From positions 1,736,001-1,800,000 of the forward strand of contig OZ024763.1 of NCBI GenBank assembly GCA_964016885.1: a stretch of DNA of 64,000 bases. The letters are read 5' to 3'. Positions 11,569 through 24,570 of the stretch are shown piece by piece. Position 1 is the first letter of the stretch; every line of letters begins with the position of its first letter. Position numbers and translations under genes: made by a program. Below the pieces are notes generated by a model that was not told the DNA's origin, searched no databases, and was given only the letters and a program-made list of their open reading frames with translations. The DNA is from Eledone cirrhosa. Taxonomy: Eukaryota.

Positions 11569-11696
11569 GTGCGTGTATATATAAAGTGTGCATGGATTAG
11601 TTTTAAAATGAACATCATTTTGACTTGCAATCTATCAAGATCTTTTGCTTATAGATATAAATTAAAAGTGAAAGCAAACATCTAAATGGTACAAAC

Positions 11697-11899
11697 CTAT
11701 ATTAGTTGGTGTTGGTGAGTCTATAAGTGTTTTTATTTCATCCAAAGTGTTTCTACCTTCTTCAATCTCATCAAAAATTAATATCACATCTTGTCTTGAC
11801 GATACACTGGTTTGCAGTTCTAAGCCACTCGATTCTTTTATCGTATCATCCTCGGAATTAAATGTGTCCAAGCTTGGATCTGTATTATATGCATAGAAC
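11697..11899 (-). CDS. VWA3B: VWA3B-like exon (FYAYNTDPSL...SSRQDVILIFDEIEEGRNTLDEIKTLIDSPTPTNI)
   Basis: ttatag acceptor, G|gtttgt donor, 203 nt, phase 2 to 1. Resembles VREDVFLVWQEMEEACSTLAQIQRL. Confidence 0.85.
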
Positions 11900-11926
11900 C
11901 TATAAGTAAATATTATTAATTTTATT

Positions 11927-12115
11927 TGGCGGTGGATTGGCAGTATCGGTAGAGGGTCGGACGCCATGCTTTCCAGCATAGTTACGTCCCTTTACGATCT
12001 GAGTTCAAATCCTGCCGAGGTTGACTTTGCCTTTCATCCTTACGGGGTCGATAAAATAAAGTACCAGTAATGCACTGGGGTAATTGCTGGCCTTGTACCT
12101 AAAGTAGAAACAATT
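11927..12115 (+). mobile_element. tRNA-derived SINE family B
   Basis: tggcagtatcggtag A box, gagttcaaatcc B box, ctttcatccttacggggtcgataaaataaagtaccagt body. Other copies near 5975-6400, 32215, 34836, 39655, 48138, 48635, 54636. Confidence 0.85.
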
Positions 12116-12281
12116 ATGAATTTTATTTAAGAAAAAAGATTTAAAATTACTGTCGTGGGGGCACTCTAGGGACCTTATGTCACCAATAGAGCAATCTCCT
12201 CTTAATACATAAACAGTGTCAATGGAAGTAATTCATAAAACAATTCAGCATGCTAAAGGTTAATTTAGAACATATGGTTAC

Positions 12282-12388
12282 CTTGCATTAGTACAACTGG
12301 CAAGTTCTTTTAGGGAGTACATTGTTTGGCGTGAGACACAGTTCAGTGACACTGTGTGGATGGTGAGTCTCTGGGGAGCTCTCATTAT
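12282..12388 (-). CDS. VWA3B: VWA3B-like exon (IMRAPQRLTIHTVSLNCVSRQTMYSLKELASCTNAR)
   Basis: tttcag acceptor, AG|gtaac donor, 107 nt, phase 0 to 2; VWA C-terminal motif IHTVS.N...LKELA..T. Confidence 0.87.
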
Positions 12389-12854
12389 CTGAAAAATACA
12401 ACAAAACAACTTTCTGAACACTCAGGAATTCATCTGATCATCATGCTAAAAATAACAGCCAAATCCACCCTCAAATTCCACCGTACCTTCTTAACTCTTT
12501 AACATTTGCATTACTCTATATAAACTAATGTATTCTCATGGTAAAGGCTTTATCTCACATAATATCTCTCATAATATCAAATCTATGAGATTTTGATATT
12601 ATTTACTTTGAGAACAATACTGTAACGTCAGTATGAGCAGCCAGTTATGCCGGTTTGAACAGAAAGAAGGGAGAGAATTCTGGTTGGATATGGCTGGTTT
12701 AAATGCTAAAGGGTTAAATAAAGTAGGATGTACATATGGAAAAAGATAGAATTATCTATAAATATCATATCTCGTATACTTTGTTATGTCTACCAATTTT
12801 CTTGGCCTTGTGTCTAAATTAGAAATCAATAAATGTATACATATTTATATATAC

Positions 12855-12923
12855 CTCTTCCTTGAGAATCTCCTGACAAAAGTGTTTAGCTGTTCCTTCA
12901 ACAATTAAATAGATGGCTTCCAC
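12855..12923 (-). CDS. VWA3B: VWA3B-like exon (VEAIYLIVEGTAKHFCQEILKEE)
   Basis: ttctag acceptor, GAG|gtat donor, 69 nt, phase 0 to 0. Resembles IESIYYFVVG...KELLLQR. Confidence 0.82.
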
Positions 12924-13595
12924 CTAGAAATATATTGGTACATGCATTAGACACAACAGGAATTGTTAATATCCATCATCATCATTGTTATCCCCCGTTT
13001 CATCATCATTGTCATCATCATCAACATCGTCGTCATCATCATCATCATTGTCATCCCCTTATCACCATCACAGTCCTCCCCATCATCAAGACCACCACCT
13101 GCTCAATGATGCTCCATAAAGATGAAAAAGAACTAATGATCCGAATTCAAATCCTTCGAGATCAACTTTGTCTTTCGTCCTTTCTGAAGTCATCATCATC
13201 ATCATCTTAAGTCATCATCATCATAATTTCTCCAGTCTCCTCTTCCTCTACCTCCTCATCTTCCTATGTTTTCCTTACTTCTACTCTTGTTCAGATTCCT
13301 TCCACTTCAATTGTGTAGCCTTTTTATAATCGCAACTGCCATCCTCTATAAACATCGCATCTCCGTACTCTCTTGCTCACTATATCTGATTCTACATATA
13401 CCTAGGTTTTCTCTCATCTCATTTATACTCTGTAGCTCATGCATACACACTAACATTACATTATATATCTAGTAAAACATGCTCAGTTGATTTCTTTCCA
13501 GTCTTTGTTTATTCTCTTCAATCAATACCCATATTTCACCATCATGTAACATTGCACTTTGTACACAATTACTCTTTTACTTGAGACTTAGTGAC

Positions 13596-13802
13596 ATTTG
13601 TAAAGTGTATATTGAGCTGAGGCTAAATGACTCTTATAAAGTATAGGTTGACCTAAGGCGAACACTTGTAAAGTATAAGTTGAGCTGAGGTTAAATGAAT
13701 TTGTAAAGAATAGGTTGAGCTGAGGTTAAATGACATTTGTAAAGAATAGGTTGAGCTGAGGTTAAATGACATTTGTAAATATAGGTTGAGCTGAGGTTAA
13801 AT
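13596..13802. repeat. ~36-bp minisatellite
   Basis: tgtaaagaataggttgagctgaggttaaatgacatt units. Confidence 0.82.
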
Positions 13803-14054
13803 AACTCTTGCCCCAAATGCCACAAACTAGATTTGAACTCTGGATCTAACGATTACAAAGTTAACTTCTTAACCATTGAGCCATACTGCACATATGCTTG
13901 AAATTAAATAAAAAATTAATTACAAGATATGGTTATTTTTTTTCAACATATTATATAACAATAAATAACCTTTGTGAGAATTATAATTTAGTTTCAAATC
14001 ATTAAACAAAGCAGAGACACATAATAAAGATAATTGTATTGTTTTATTTTTTAC

Positions 14055-14211
14055 CTTTTGATCTTCCATAATTGCAACAACTGCTTCACAAATAGATAAT
14101 GTTGAGATGATTGGTTGCGACTTATCTCGGAGCCATTCTAAAGCTGTGTGTATTGAATCATGACATACTGGCACCATCTCTCTATGGAAACAGTCAATAT
14201 CTTCAGAGACT
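14055..14211 (-). CDS. VWA3B: VWA3B-like exon (VSEDIDCFHREMVPVCHDSIHTALEWLRDK...MEDQK)
   Basis: tttcag acceptor, AAG|gtaa donor, 157 nt, phase 2 to 0; VWA-type segment. Confidence 0.85.
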
Positions 14212-14364
14212 CTGAAATTTAAACATTACACTAGAAAAACAATAGAATTACAACTCAGATAATGATAAATAGTAGTTTGACTTTTAAATAATGCAGTGGG
14301 GGAGGTCAGAGTTCATATATTGAAATTTCAGATATTTTTACTTTTAAATAACTCGATAGAATGT

Positions 14365-15675
14365 GTAGCTCAGTGATCAGAGAGTCACTCCAGGTAGAGC
14401 TGCTACTTCTCTGAATTGAGAGATCACAGCTCCGATACTATGGGTATGTGGTTAGAATGTCTCAGGAAAGAATTGCTGGACAGATTTGTAGTTTGGAGAT
14501 CAGAGAGTCACTCCAGGTAGAGCTGCTACTTCTCTGAATTGAGAGATCACAGCTCCGATACTATGGGTATGAGGTTAGAATGTCTCAGGAAAGAATTGCT
14601 GGACAGATTTGTAGTTTGGAGATCAGAGAGTCACTCCAGGTAGAGCTGCTACTTCTCTGAATTGAGAGATCACAGCTCCGATACTATGGGTATGAGGTTA
14701 GAATGTCTCAGGAAAGAATTGCTGGACAGATTTGTAGTTTGGAGATCAGAGAGTCACTCCAGGTAGAGCTGCTACTTCTCTGAATTGAGAGATCACAGCT
14801 CTGATACTATGGACATGTGGTTAGAATGTCTCAGGAAAGAATTGCTGGACAGATTTGTAGTTTGGAGATCAGAGAGTCACTCCAGGTAGAGCTGCTACTT
14901 CTCTGAATTGAGAGATCACAGCTCCGATACTATGGGTATGAGGTTAGAATGTCTCAGGAAAGAATTGCTGGACAGATTTGTAGTTTGGAGATCAGAGAGT
15001 CACTCCAGGTAGAGCTGCTACTTCTCTGAATTGAGAGATCACAGCTCTGATACTATGGACATGTGGTTAGAATGTCTCAGGAAAGAATTGCTGGACAGAT
15101 TTGTAGTTTGGAGATCAGAGAGTCACTCCAGGTAGAGCTGCTACTTCTCTGAATTGAGAGATCACAGCTCTGATACTATGGACATGTGGTTAGAATGTCT
15201 CAGGAAAGAATTGCTGGACAGATTTGTAGTTTGGAGATCAGAGAGTCACTCCAGGTAGAGCTGCTACTTCTCTGAATTAAGAGATCACAGCTCTGATACT
15301 ATAGGTATGTGGTTAGAATGTCTCAGGAAATAATCACTGGACAGATTTGTAGCTCAGAGACCAGAGAGTCACTCCAGGTAGAGATGCTACTTCTCTGAAT
15401 TAAGAGATCACAGCTCTGATACTATGGACATGTGGTTAGAATGTCTGAGGAAAGAATCACTGGACAGATTTTATGGGCAAAACCAACTGGCAGGAGACCC
15501 AGAGGTAGACCCTGAGCAAGATGGTTGGATAACATCTTTGAGCTTCGTTGGTGTCACTTGGGGAATCCAGCCGAAACAGTTGGAGATGGTTGCTTCTGAC
15601 AGGACCCGCTGGAAGGAGTGTTTGAGGACTCTGCCCCATGACCCTCTCAGGAATAAGTGGGCAAAGAAGAAGAAA
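14365..15675 (+). mobile_element. RTE(Expander/Rex3-like) LINE 3' fragment with a 9 x 123-bp tandem array (14365-15468)
   Basis: Unit translates like LLL.IERSQLRYYGHVVRMSQER; continues to GRRPRGRP.ARWLD; (GAA)n tail. Confidence 0.82.
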
Positions 15676-16193
15676 TTAATGCAGTGGGAGAGGTCAGAGT
15701 TCATATATTGAGATTTCGAGCAGAATTAAACCCATAAAACTTCATTATAAATGGTATCAAAAGGGTGGTGGATTGCCAGGACACCAGTTTACCACAGGGT
15801 TCAAGTCTCTCGAGCCCGAAGGCTCACCAGGCCAGTACTCATTCCAGTTTCCATGGCATGAAGTGACTGAGAGTTCAAGACACCCTCTCTCCTGGACAAG
15901 ACACCAGTCCATCACAGGGGTAAACCCCCAGCTATTGACAGTACTCATTTTCAGCTGATTATACTGAAACAAAATGAAGTGAAATGAAGTGTTTTGGGCA
16001 AGAACACAACACAGAACCCAGTCCAAGAGTTGAACCCACAATATTATGATCATAAATCCAACACCCTTACCACTAGGCCACACACCTCCATGCAGTCCCC
16101 TGCTCTACTCTTTAGTAATTCATATCCACATAAAAGATTATACCTAAAGAATTGATTAACCTCATATCCAAGTCATTATGGGACCTCATAAAA

Positions 16194-16590
16194 TAATTGT
16201 TTTTACTTTTGGCACAAGGCCAGCAATTATCCCAGTGTATTACTGGTACTTTATTTTATCGTCCCCGCAAGGATGAAAGGCAACGTTAACCTCAGCGGGA
16301 TTTGAACTCATACCATAAAGGGCCGCAACTCTTTGCTGCAAAGCATGGCGTCTGACCCACTACCGATACTGCCAATCCACCGCCCTAAAAACTCAAAAAA
16401 TAATTGTTTCTACTTTTGGCACAAGGCCAGCAATAACCCAGTAGATTACTGGTACTTTATTTTATCGACCCCCGTAAGGATGAAAGGCAAAGTTAACCTC
16501 GGCGGGATTTGAACTCAGAATGGCAAGGGCCGTAACTCTATACGTCAAAGCATGGCGTCCGACCCTCTACCGATACTGCCAATCCACCGC
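16194..16590 (-). mobile_element. Two tandem SINE family B copies
   Basis: Head-to-tail ~207-bp duplication including the flank ccctaaaaactcaaaaaa. Confidence 0.82.
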
Positions 16591-16617
16591 CCTAAAAACT
16601 CAAAAAATAATACTTAC

Positions 16618-16877
16618 AAAACAATGTTGAACTTTCTGAGTTGAGCTATTTGTTCTGTTAATAACAGTGAGAGAACATTCTTAATAGCTTCCCAACTCTT
16701 TCCACCATTCTCATCTGTTGTTGATGGCACCAACACCAGGCATATGGATTGCTCTTCTATCACTCCAAACACTCTCCGGCTTCCAGAGATTAACCAGTAA
16801 AGACGTTGTCGATATAATCGTAGTGAGTCTTCAAGATGTTCAACAATTAACCGGAGCTTTTTTTGGCAACAAACAAT
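16618..16877 (-). CDS. VWA3B: VWA3B-like exon (IVCCQKKLRLIVEHLEDSLRLYRQRLYWLISGSRRVFGVIEEQSICLVL...QIAQLRKFNIV)
   Basis: ag acceptor, gtaagt donor, 260 nt, phase 0 to 2. Resembles VEHLTQAVESYKQRMDWLTSKSRQIFGVILEQ...EQVAHITEFNII. Confidence 0.9.
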
Positions 16878-17001
16878 CTTCAGCAACGAAAAAAAAACAA
16901 CCAAACAAACAAACTATCATCTCAGGTACCATTTGCAAGAGAATATAATTAGTATATGTACACATTTCATAATTTTCACTCAGTAACAAACCCCAGTTTA
17001 A

Positions 17002-17511
17002 TCCTTTATCATTTAAACTGGCTGCATCCGGCCAGAATTTTTCTCACCTCTTTCTGTTCAAACCAGCTGTAACCGGCCACTCAAAGTAATGTTCAGGTAT
17101 TGTTCTCAAAATAAATTATATCGAAATTTCATAGATTCGATATTATGTGAGATCATTATGTGAGGTAAAGCCTTTACCATGAAAATACAATAGTATATAT
17201 AGAGTAATGTAAAGGTTATGTGAGATATTATGTGAGGTAAAGCCTTTACCATGAAAATACAATAGTATATATAGAGTAATGTAAAGGTTATGTGAGATAT
17301 TATGTGAGGTAAAGCCTTTACCATGAAAATACAATAGTATATATAGAGTAATGTAAAGGTTATGTGAGATATTATGTGAGGTAAAGCCTTTACCATGAAA
17401 ATACAATAGTATATATAGAGTAATGTAAATGTTATGTGAGATAGTATGTGAGGTAAAGCCTTTACCATGAAAATACAAAAGTATATATAGAGTAATGTAA
17501 ATGCTAAAGGG
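17002..17511. mobile_element. piggyBac-type MITE expanded by ~5 x 72-bp internal tandem units
   Basis: TTAA and TIRs at both ends; unit gtgaggtaaagcctttacc...gatattat. Confidence 0.8.
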
Positions 17512-18413
17512 TTAAATATGAAAATATTTAGAGTGGGCCATAATTAGCTTCCTTTAAGAAATAGGGATATAAAGAGAAGAAACTGTAGAGATATTAAATT
17601 TTATTCCTAAAATACATAGGCAATTGATTATGTTTATATAATGCATGGAGTAATATAAATGTTAAAGGGTTAAACCGGCTGTATCCAGCCAAAATCCTTT
17701 CACCTCTTTCTGTTCAAACTGGCTGTAACTGGCCACTCATACTGATATTAAGGTATTGTTCTTAAAATAAATATTAAAATCTCATAGATTCGATATTATG
17801 TGAGATAAAGGCTTTACTGTGAAAAATACAATAGTATATATAGAGTAATGTGAATGGTAAAGGGTCAAACAAAATATTTCTCATCAAGCTGTTTCTGTTG
17901 AGTTGAGATAAAATATTTTTGTTTAAACTCAGATCAACAATAATGGCTCAACTATGAAAAATGTTTGATCTTAGCTCAACACTCTTAGTAGGAATGTTTT
18001 AATGATACTGTTTATGTAAAACTTTGGTGTTTGAGTTAGAAACATTTGAGAAAAGTAAAACATAACAACCTCGACTCAGATTTATGTTGGAAGTACTCAG
18101 GTTACTTAATAAAGTGATATAATTGACCATGGCTTTGGTAGACTGGACAGTTGATTAAAATCAAATATTAGTTGTAATCTGACCTTCTGTAATCATACGC
18201 GCATATACACACATACACAACGCTCATATTTGCATGCACACATACACACACATACACAACGCTCATATTTGCATGCACACATACACACACATACATAACG
18301 CTCTTATTTGCATGCACACATACACACACATACATACACACATACCCTAATTAAGCACTTGATTTTTGTTTAATTAGCTATACCTTTATACTCCCTCTCC
18401 TACCATCTAATAC

Positions 18414-18540
<127 letters not shown>

Positions 18541-18875
18541 GGCGTGTGGCTGAGTGGTTAGAGAATTGGATTCGCAATCGTAAGGTTGTGAGTTCGATTC
18601 CTGGACCAGGTGATGCGTTATGTCCTTGAGCAAGACACTTTATTTCACGTTGCTCCTTCTACCTGGAGTTGCGACCGATAGATAGTACTAGCAATTGGAA
18701 AGACCAACGGAAACATTGTTCCCTCGGTCCGATTTGACGAAAGTCGATCGTTCCTTTTATATATATATAAATATATATATATATATAAATATATACATAT
18801 ATATAAATATATATATATATATACATACATATATATATATATATATACATATATATATGTATATATATACATATA

Positions 18876-18951
<76 letters not shown>

Positions 18952-18964
18952 TATATATATATAT

Positions 18965-19186
18965 ATATATGTGTCACGGAGTGGCGGCTGGCTGGCCGCC
19001 ATATTCTGCGTCTGCTAAATGAAAGGCATTCTAAAACAGCGATGAACTGGACTCCGCCTGGCGGTAAACGGAGGCGGGGTTGCCCAACATCACCTGGCAC
19101 GGTCTCGAAAAAGTTGCCGCTGATCGTGACCCTTGGCGAGTACTTACTGCTCGATGTGCCATACGGCGCAGAAGAATCTAAGACTA

Positions 19187-19190
<4 letters not shown>
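18965..19190 (+). mobile_element. RTE-like LINE 3' fragment
   Basis: RWRLAGHILRL...[16 protein letters not shown], ending in a (ctaaga)n tail, between TA tracts. Confidence 0.7.
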
Positions 19191-19231
<41 letters not shown>

Positions 19232-19247
19232 CCTATACTTATATGTG

Positions 19248-19284
<37 letters not shown>

Positions 19285-19397
19285 TTTACGTATCGAGAAA
19301 GAGAGAAAAAAAGGAGGGATAGGTGATACATATAGTTATTTGCCAACCCCCAAAACTCTTTCCGAACTATATAAGGAACACTTGTGATTGTTTATGC

Positions 19398-19432
19398 CCT
19401 TGAGAAGCCCAACTGGGCGAAACGTATGTAGG
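19398..19432 (+). ncRNA. Hammerhead-like motif, U3-A8 core variant
   Basis: CC-UUGAGAA-GCCC aacu GGGC-GAAA-C guau G-UA-GG; TATATAA at 19368, AATAAA at 19443. Confidence 0.5.
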
Positions 19433-19762
19433 TGATATTTTAAATAAACTTGTTTTAACGGTCTATTCTCCGATTTTTCACTTTCCCACGTATATATATA
19501 TATATATATAAAAACCTATACTTATATGTGTATGTATATATGTATATATATATATATAAAAACCTATACTTATATGTGTATGTATATATGTATATATATA
19601 TATATAAAAACCTATACTTATATGTGTATGTATATATGTATATATATATATATAAAAACCTATACTTATATGTGTATGTATATATGTATATATATATATA
19701 TAAAAACCTATACTTATATGTGTATGTAGATATGTATAAAAACCTATACTTATATGTGTATG

Positions 19763-20075
19763 TCATCATCATCATCATCATTTTACGTCCGCTTTTCCCT
19801 GCTTGCAAGGGTGGGACGGGTCTTATTCAGCACAGCATCTCTCCACTCGTCTCCACTCGTCTCCACTCGAGCTTCAATGATCTGAGGTCTGTTCTCACCA
19901 CCTCCGCCCATGTTTTTCGTGGTCTCCCTCTACCACGTCTTCCTTCAACTGGCAATTCCTGACACTTCTTCACCCATCGGTCATCCTCCATGCGCATCAC
20001 ATGTCCATACCACCTCAGTCTCCTCTCCCGTACACTACATTCTATCCCTCTCAGACACAGTTTCTCTCTCAACGC
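19763..20075 (-). mobile_element. RTE LINE 3' fragment (second subfamily)
   Basis: RERRLRWYGHVMRMEDDRWVKKC...GRPRKTWAEVV, (GAT)n tail. Confidence 0.88.
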
Positions 20076-21001
20076 ATCACATGTCCATACCACCTTAGTC
20101 TCCTCTCCCGTACACTACATTCTATCCCTCTCAGACACAGTTTCTCTCTCAACACATCACATGTCCATACCACCTCAGTCTCCTCTCCCGTACACTACAT
20201 TCTATCCCTCTCAGACACAGTTTCTCTCTCAACACATCACATGTCCATACCACCTCAGTCTCCTCTCCCGTACACTACATTCTATCCCTCTCAGACACAG
20301 TTTCTCTCTCAACACATCACATGTCCATACCACCTCAGTCTCCTCTCCCGTACACTACATTCTATCCCTCTCAGACACAGTTTCTCTCTCAACACATCAC
20401 ATGTCCATACCACCTCAGTCTCCTCTCCCGTACACTACATTCTATCCCTCTCAGACACAGTTTCTCTCTCAACACATCACATGTCCATACCACCTCAGTC
20501 TCCTCTCCCGTACACTACATTCTATCCCTCTCAGACACAGTTTCTCTCTCAACACATCACATGTCCATACCACCTCAGTCTCCTCTCCCGTACACTACAT
20601 TCTATCCCTCTCAGACACAGTTTCTCTCTCAACACATCACATGTCCATACCACCTCAGTCTCCTCTCCCGTACACTACATTCTATCCCTCTCAGACACAG
20701 TTTCTCTCTCAACACATCACATGTCCATACCACCTCAGTCTCCTCTCCCGTACACTACATTCTATCCCTCTCAGACACAGTTTCTCTCTCAACACATCAC
20801 ATGTCCATACCACCTCAGTCTCCTCTCCCGTACACTACATTCTATCCCTCTCAGACACAGTTTCTCTCTCAACACATCACATGTCCATACCACCTCAGTC
20901 TCCTCTCCCGTACACTACATTCTATCCCTCTCAGACACAGTTTCTCTCTCAACACATCACATGTCCATACCACCTCAGTCTCCTCTCCCGTACACTACAT
21001 T
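19995..21001. repeat. 80-bp minisatellite, ~12.6 near-identical copies, derived from RTE coding sequence
   Basis: Period 80 (atgtccatac at 20001, 20081 ... 20961). Confidence 0.95.
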
Positions 21002-21079
21002 TATGTATATATATATATATATAAACCTATACTTATATGTGTATGTATATATGTATATATATATGTGTTGATTCCTTGA

Positions 21080-21348
21080 GCAGTGATGTGTTGTTTCCTT
21101 GAGCAAGACACTTTATTTCACATTGCTCCAGTTTACTCAGCTGTAGAAATGAGATGATAGGGACTGGGGTCCATATCATTCCACTGTAAAGTGGTCGTGG
21201 AGGTGCCACGGCAAAAAAGCACCCAGCACTCACTGTAAATGAGGTTGGTGTTAGGAAGGGCATCCAGCTGTAGAAATCAAGCCAGAATCAATTCCCGTCC
21301 CACCCTTGCAAGCAGGGAAAAGTGGACGTAAAATGATGATGATGATGT
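21080..21348 (+). mobile_element. SINE family A, 5'-truncated
   Basis: Matches family A body and tail. Confidence 0.85.
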
Positions 21349-21365
21349 AAACTTATACTTATATA

Positions 21366-21399
<34 letters not shown>

Positions 21400-21840
21400 A
21401 ACTTATACTTATACGCGTATGTATATATATACACACACACACACACACACATACTTATATGGTATATATACACACACACTTATGGCAAATTTTCAGTCTT
21501 TAGAGCATCAGTTTAAATAGCCAAACTATCAAACCCTCCCCCTCTACACACACACACATCCTCCCCCTTCCACACACACACACACACACATGCATACACA
21601 CATATATACACACATACGTACGCACACATACACACATATACACACATACGTACACACACATCCTCCCCTTCCACACACACATACATACACACACATATAT
21701 ACACACATACGTACACACACATCCTTCCCTTCCACACACACCAAAATATATATACACCATCATCATCGTCATCGTGTACATACACCTCTATCCTATCCAC
21801 CTCCTCTTCACTGAAGCTAACATGAAACAGAACAGAACAG

Positions 21841-22390
21841 TTGGTGTGTTGGTGGTGGTGTTGGTGTGGTGTTGGTGGTGGTGTGGTGGTGGTGGTGTGG
21901 TGGTGTGGTGTGGTGTTGGTGGTGTGGTGGTGGTGTGGTAGTGGTGGTGTGGTGGTGGTGATGGTGTTGGTGGTGATGGTGTTGGTGGTGGTGTTGGTGT
22001 TGGTGGTGGTGTTGGTGTTGGTGGTGGTGTGGTGGTGGTGGTGTGGTGTTGGTGTGGTGCTGGTGTTGGAATGGTGTTGGTGATGGTGTGGTGGTGGTGT
22101 TGGTGTTGGAATGGGGTTGGTGGTGGTGTTGGTGTGGTGTGGTGGTGGTGGTGGTGTGGTGGTGGTGGGGTGGTGGTGGTGTTGGTGTTGGTGTGGTAGT
22201 GGTGTTGGTGTGGTGGTTGTGGTGTGGTGTGGTGTGGTGTTGGTGTTGGAATGGTGTTGGTGTGGTGGTTGTGGTGTGGTGTTGGTGTTGGTGTGGTGGT
22301 GGTGGTGGTGGTGTGGTATTGGTGTTGGAATGGTGTTGGTGTGGTGTGGTGTGGTGTGGTGTGGTGTTGGTGTTGGAATGGTGTTGTGTT
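21841..22390. repeat. GGT/GT-rich simple repeat (similar at 44618-44890, 51955-52168)
   Basis: Direct reading. Confidence 0.9.
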
Positions 22391-22434
22391 GGAACAGTGT
22401 CGGCTGTGGTGTACGTGTGTAGATTCTTACTTAC

Positions 22435-22526
22435 ATTGAATGTTTTCCCATCGGATCGATAGATTTGGCGGAAAAGACCAATTCCATATTTGGAACTGAC
22501 TGGCTTTCTAAGACTGGATTCATATT
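22435..22526 (-). CDS. VWA3B: VWA3B-like exon (EYESSLRKPVSSKYGIGLFRQIYRSDGKTFN), not in ORF track
   Basis: ctacag acceptor, gtaagt donor, 92 nt, phase 1 to 0. Resembles YVASLGRPVASRYADGLFPQLYRAEDGRVYN. Confidence 0.88.
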
Positions 22527-24275
22527 CTGTAGAAAATAAATAAATAGATATATAAAAAATAATTAAAGATATAATTAAAGATATAATTAAAGAAATAATT
22601 AAAGAAAGAAATAGAGGAAGAAAGAAAGAGATATAGAGATAAACGAAGAGAGATAAAGAGATAAACTAAGAGAGAGAAGGGTAAAGGGAGAGAGAAAGAG
22701 AGAAAAAGGAAGGTAAAGGGGGAGAGAGACAAAAAGAGGAGAGAGAGAAAGAAAAGGTAAAGGGAGAGATAAAGGAAGAGAAAGAAAGCGAGGGTGAAAG
22801 GAGAGAGAAAGGTAAAGTGAGAGAGAAAGGAAGAGAGAGGAGGAGAGAGATAAAGGAAGAGAGAGGGGAGATGAGGAGAGAGAGAGGGGGGAGATGATGA
22901 GAGAGAGGGGGAGATGAGGCAAGAGAGAGGGGGGGGGGGTATGAGAGAGAGAGAGAGAGAGAAAGGGAGAGATAAAGGAAGAGAAAGGTAAAGGGAGAGA
23001 GGGGGAGAGAGAGTGGGCGGATTAAAAGAGAAAGAAATTGTCTTGCGGTTCTTTGATTTACTTTAAAATGTCGCCATTGTTTAAAACAATTTATAATTGA
23101 GAAATATATAATATAAATAGCTATTGACTTTCATCAAAGATAATTAGCGAGTTTCCATTCAGCCATCAGGCTTTTAAATATAGCAATACAATGAAGATTG
23201 TCCCCGAATAAACTCCCTGCTACATTCAATATTTAAAACATGAGGTCTACATGTTAAGCAGTTGAAGTGAGTGAATAGAAATGATTCCCACATGACTTCC
23301 TTTCACTATTGTTGAGAAAACTGTGAAAGAAATGTGGCTGATTAAGAAATTATGTAGTGAGAGGCACATACATGAATACATGTGTATACACACATGTATC
23401 TATAGACACACAAACACACACATGTATATAGAGAGACACATGAACACATGTGTATATATACACATATATATACACACACACACACACACATGTATATATA
23501 GAGAGACACATGAACACATGTATATATACACATATATATAGACACACACACACACATGTATATATAGACACAAGAACACATGTATATATACACATATATA
23601 TAGACACACACACATGTATATAGAGACACATGAACACGTGTGTATATACACATATATATAGACACACACACACACAAGCACACATGTATATAGAGAGACA
23701 CATGAACACATGTATACACACACGCATAGACACACACACACATGTATACATATATATACATATATATATAGACACACATATGTAAATACACACACGTGCA
23801 CATGTGCATATATATATATAAAGACACATGTAAATACATACACGTGCACATGTACATATATATATATATATATACATGTACCTACAGACATGCACTCATA
23901 CACATGTACACATGTACACATGTATACATATATATAGAGAGACACACACACATCTATATAGACACACCAGTGGCGAAGGGTAACCTGGAAAGCAGGGCAT
24001 GCAGTCCAATCGCCATGGCAGAAAGTGGGGCTGTGCAGCCTTACCACCCCCCTCCTCCCCAATTCCCTCTAAATGACCCTCCCGGTCAAAGCCACATGTA
24101 GTGTTATCTAGTGTGTGTGTTGTCTTTTTATGTGTCTACGATTTAGTAAGCAGCCAAAATTCTGCTTGCTTCAACCGACGCAATTGATCAACTCAAGATT
24201 CCATAACGCATGTACTGCATGCATTGCATGCAGTGCATGCGTTGCATGCACGGACCCTTCTCCTCTGACACACAC

Positions 24276-24311
<36 letters not shown>

Positions 24312-24536
24312 AGTGTAATTTACTACACAAAACGAAGGTTATAGAGAAAATTGAGGTTGGTAATGGCACATGGAATATATGAGACAGAATACTTTTTTGT
24401 GAAAAAACATACAATTTTATAAGGTAAGGAAATAATAAGGTAAGGAAATTATTTCCTTACCTTATAAAATTATATGTTTTTTCTCAAAAAAGTATTCTGT
24501 CTCTTATATATTCCATGTGCCATTACCAACCTCAAA

Positions 24537-24570
<34 letters not shown>

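Noticed and set aside
19990-21079. 250-356 aa ORFs in three frames
   Set aside because: Antisense read-through of an 80-bp tandem repeat.
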